A stretch of 64,000 nt of DNA from Gracilinanus agilis (taxonomy: Eukaryota): positions 234,004,967-234,068,966 of the forward strand of contig NC_058135.1 in the NCBI RefSeq assembly GCF_016433145.1. The letters are read 5' to 3'. Each line of letters begins with the position of its first letter. Positions within the stretch are counted from its first letter, which is position 1. The notes below the pieces were generated by a model that made no database searches, had not been told where the DNA came from, and saw only the letters and a program-made list of their open reading frames with translations. Positions 62,999 through 64,000 of the stretch are shown piece after piece. The position numbers and the translations under genes were made by a program.

Positions 62999-63289
62999 CT
63001 CTAGTGAGTGAAATACTTGATCTCATGAATTTCCCTTGCTTTCCCTTTATGAAAATGACCCGTTTTCACCCAGTGGGATTATTCCTAAGTAAATGGTACA
63101 GTGAGAAAAGGGTTGGCTCTAGAGCCAGAGATTCTGTGTTCAAATCCTGTCTCTGAAACTTCTTACTGGTGTGAACTCAACCAAGTCACTGAACTTCCTT
63201 GAGTTTCTTCATTTGGAAAAGAACAGTTTTGATTTTATGATCCCTGGCAACCTTTCTAGCCCTAGAATGGTGATTCTCTGGTCTTGTGA

Positions 63290-63637
<348 letters not shown>

Positions 63638-64000
63638 TAGCAGGGACTGAGAGTCCCATGGATCCGCATCATGGCTTTAGGGAGGATGTGGGGACAATGA
63701 CTTCCCTCAAACTTCATGCCCTCAGGACCTGTTGGCATTTTGGGGGAGTGGTGTGTCATTGTGGCCAAAGGAGAGTCTCCCATATGGACACAGTAGCAAT
63801 AACATGCATTATCCTAGACTAATCCTAGGGCCAGGGTACTAGAACAATGGAGGGAGTCAGTCTCTTAGGGATAGATGTCCTTGTAGGCATCTGAACCCTT
63901 GCCATTTACTAGCACAGGTGAATTGCTCAAACCAAATTCTCATACTTTTCCCCCTAGATTGTGAAGATTTTCTTTCTGAAGGACTTATGGTCTTGAACCA

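Overview
Marsupial genomic DNA, probably Monodelphis (inferred from SINE1_Mdo-, MAR1-, RTE- and 7SL-family repeats and strong CpG depletion). The window lies inside the SoxD transcription factor gene SOX6 on the + strand. It holds two coding exons, 9235-9324 (90 nt) and 63417-63589 (173 nt), joined in frame across a 54,092-nt GT-AG intron (9325-63416). The rest is intron: layered retroposons (L2, CR1/L3, MIR, L1, RTE, MAR1, SINE1), Charlie-like hAT MITEs, a 7SL-derived retroposon, microsatellites, five assembly gaps and several multi-kb repeat-poor islands that look regulatory. Apart from those overlapping the two exons, none of the listed ORFs looks like a real gene. I found no convincing new biological system. 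The best leads are a candidate 17-nt poison micro-exon with three in-frame stops, a pre-miRNA-sized hairpin built from a direct-plus-inverted triplication, CpG-retaining intronic islands, a GATA/RUNX motif cluster, and several well-resolved nested or templated insertions. Repeat boundaries and family names come from manual recognition and are approximate. Nothing was searched against a database.
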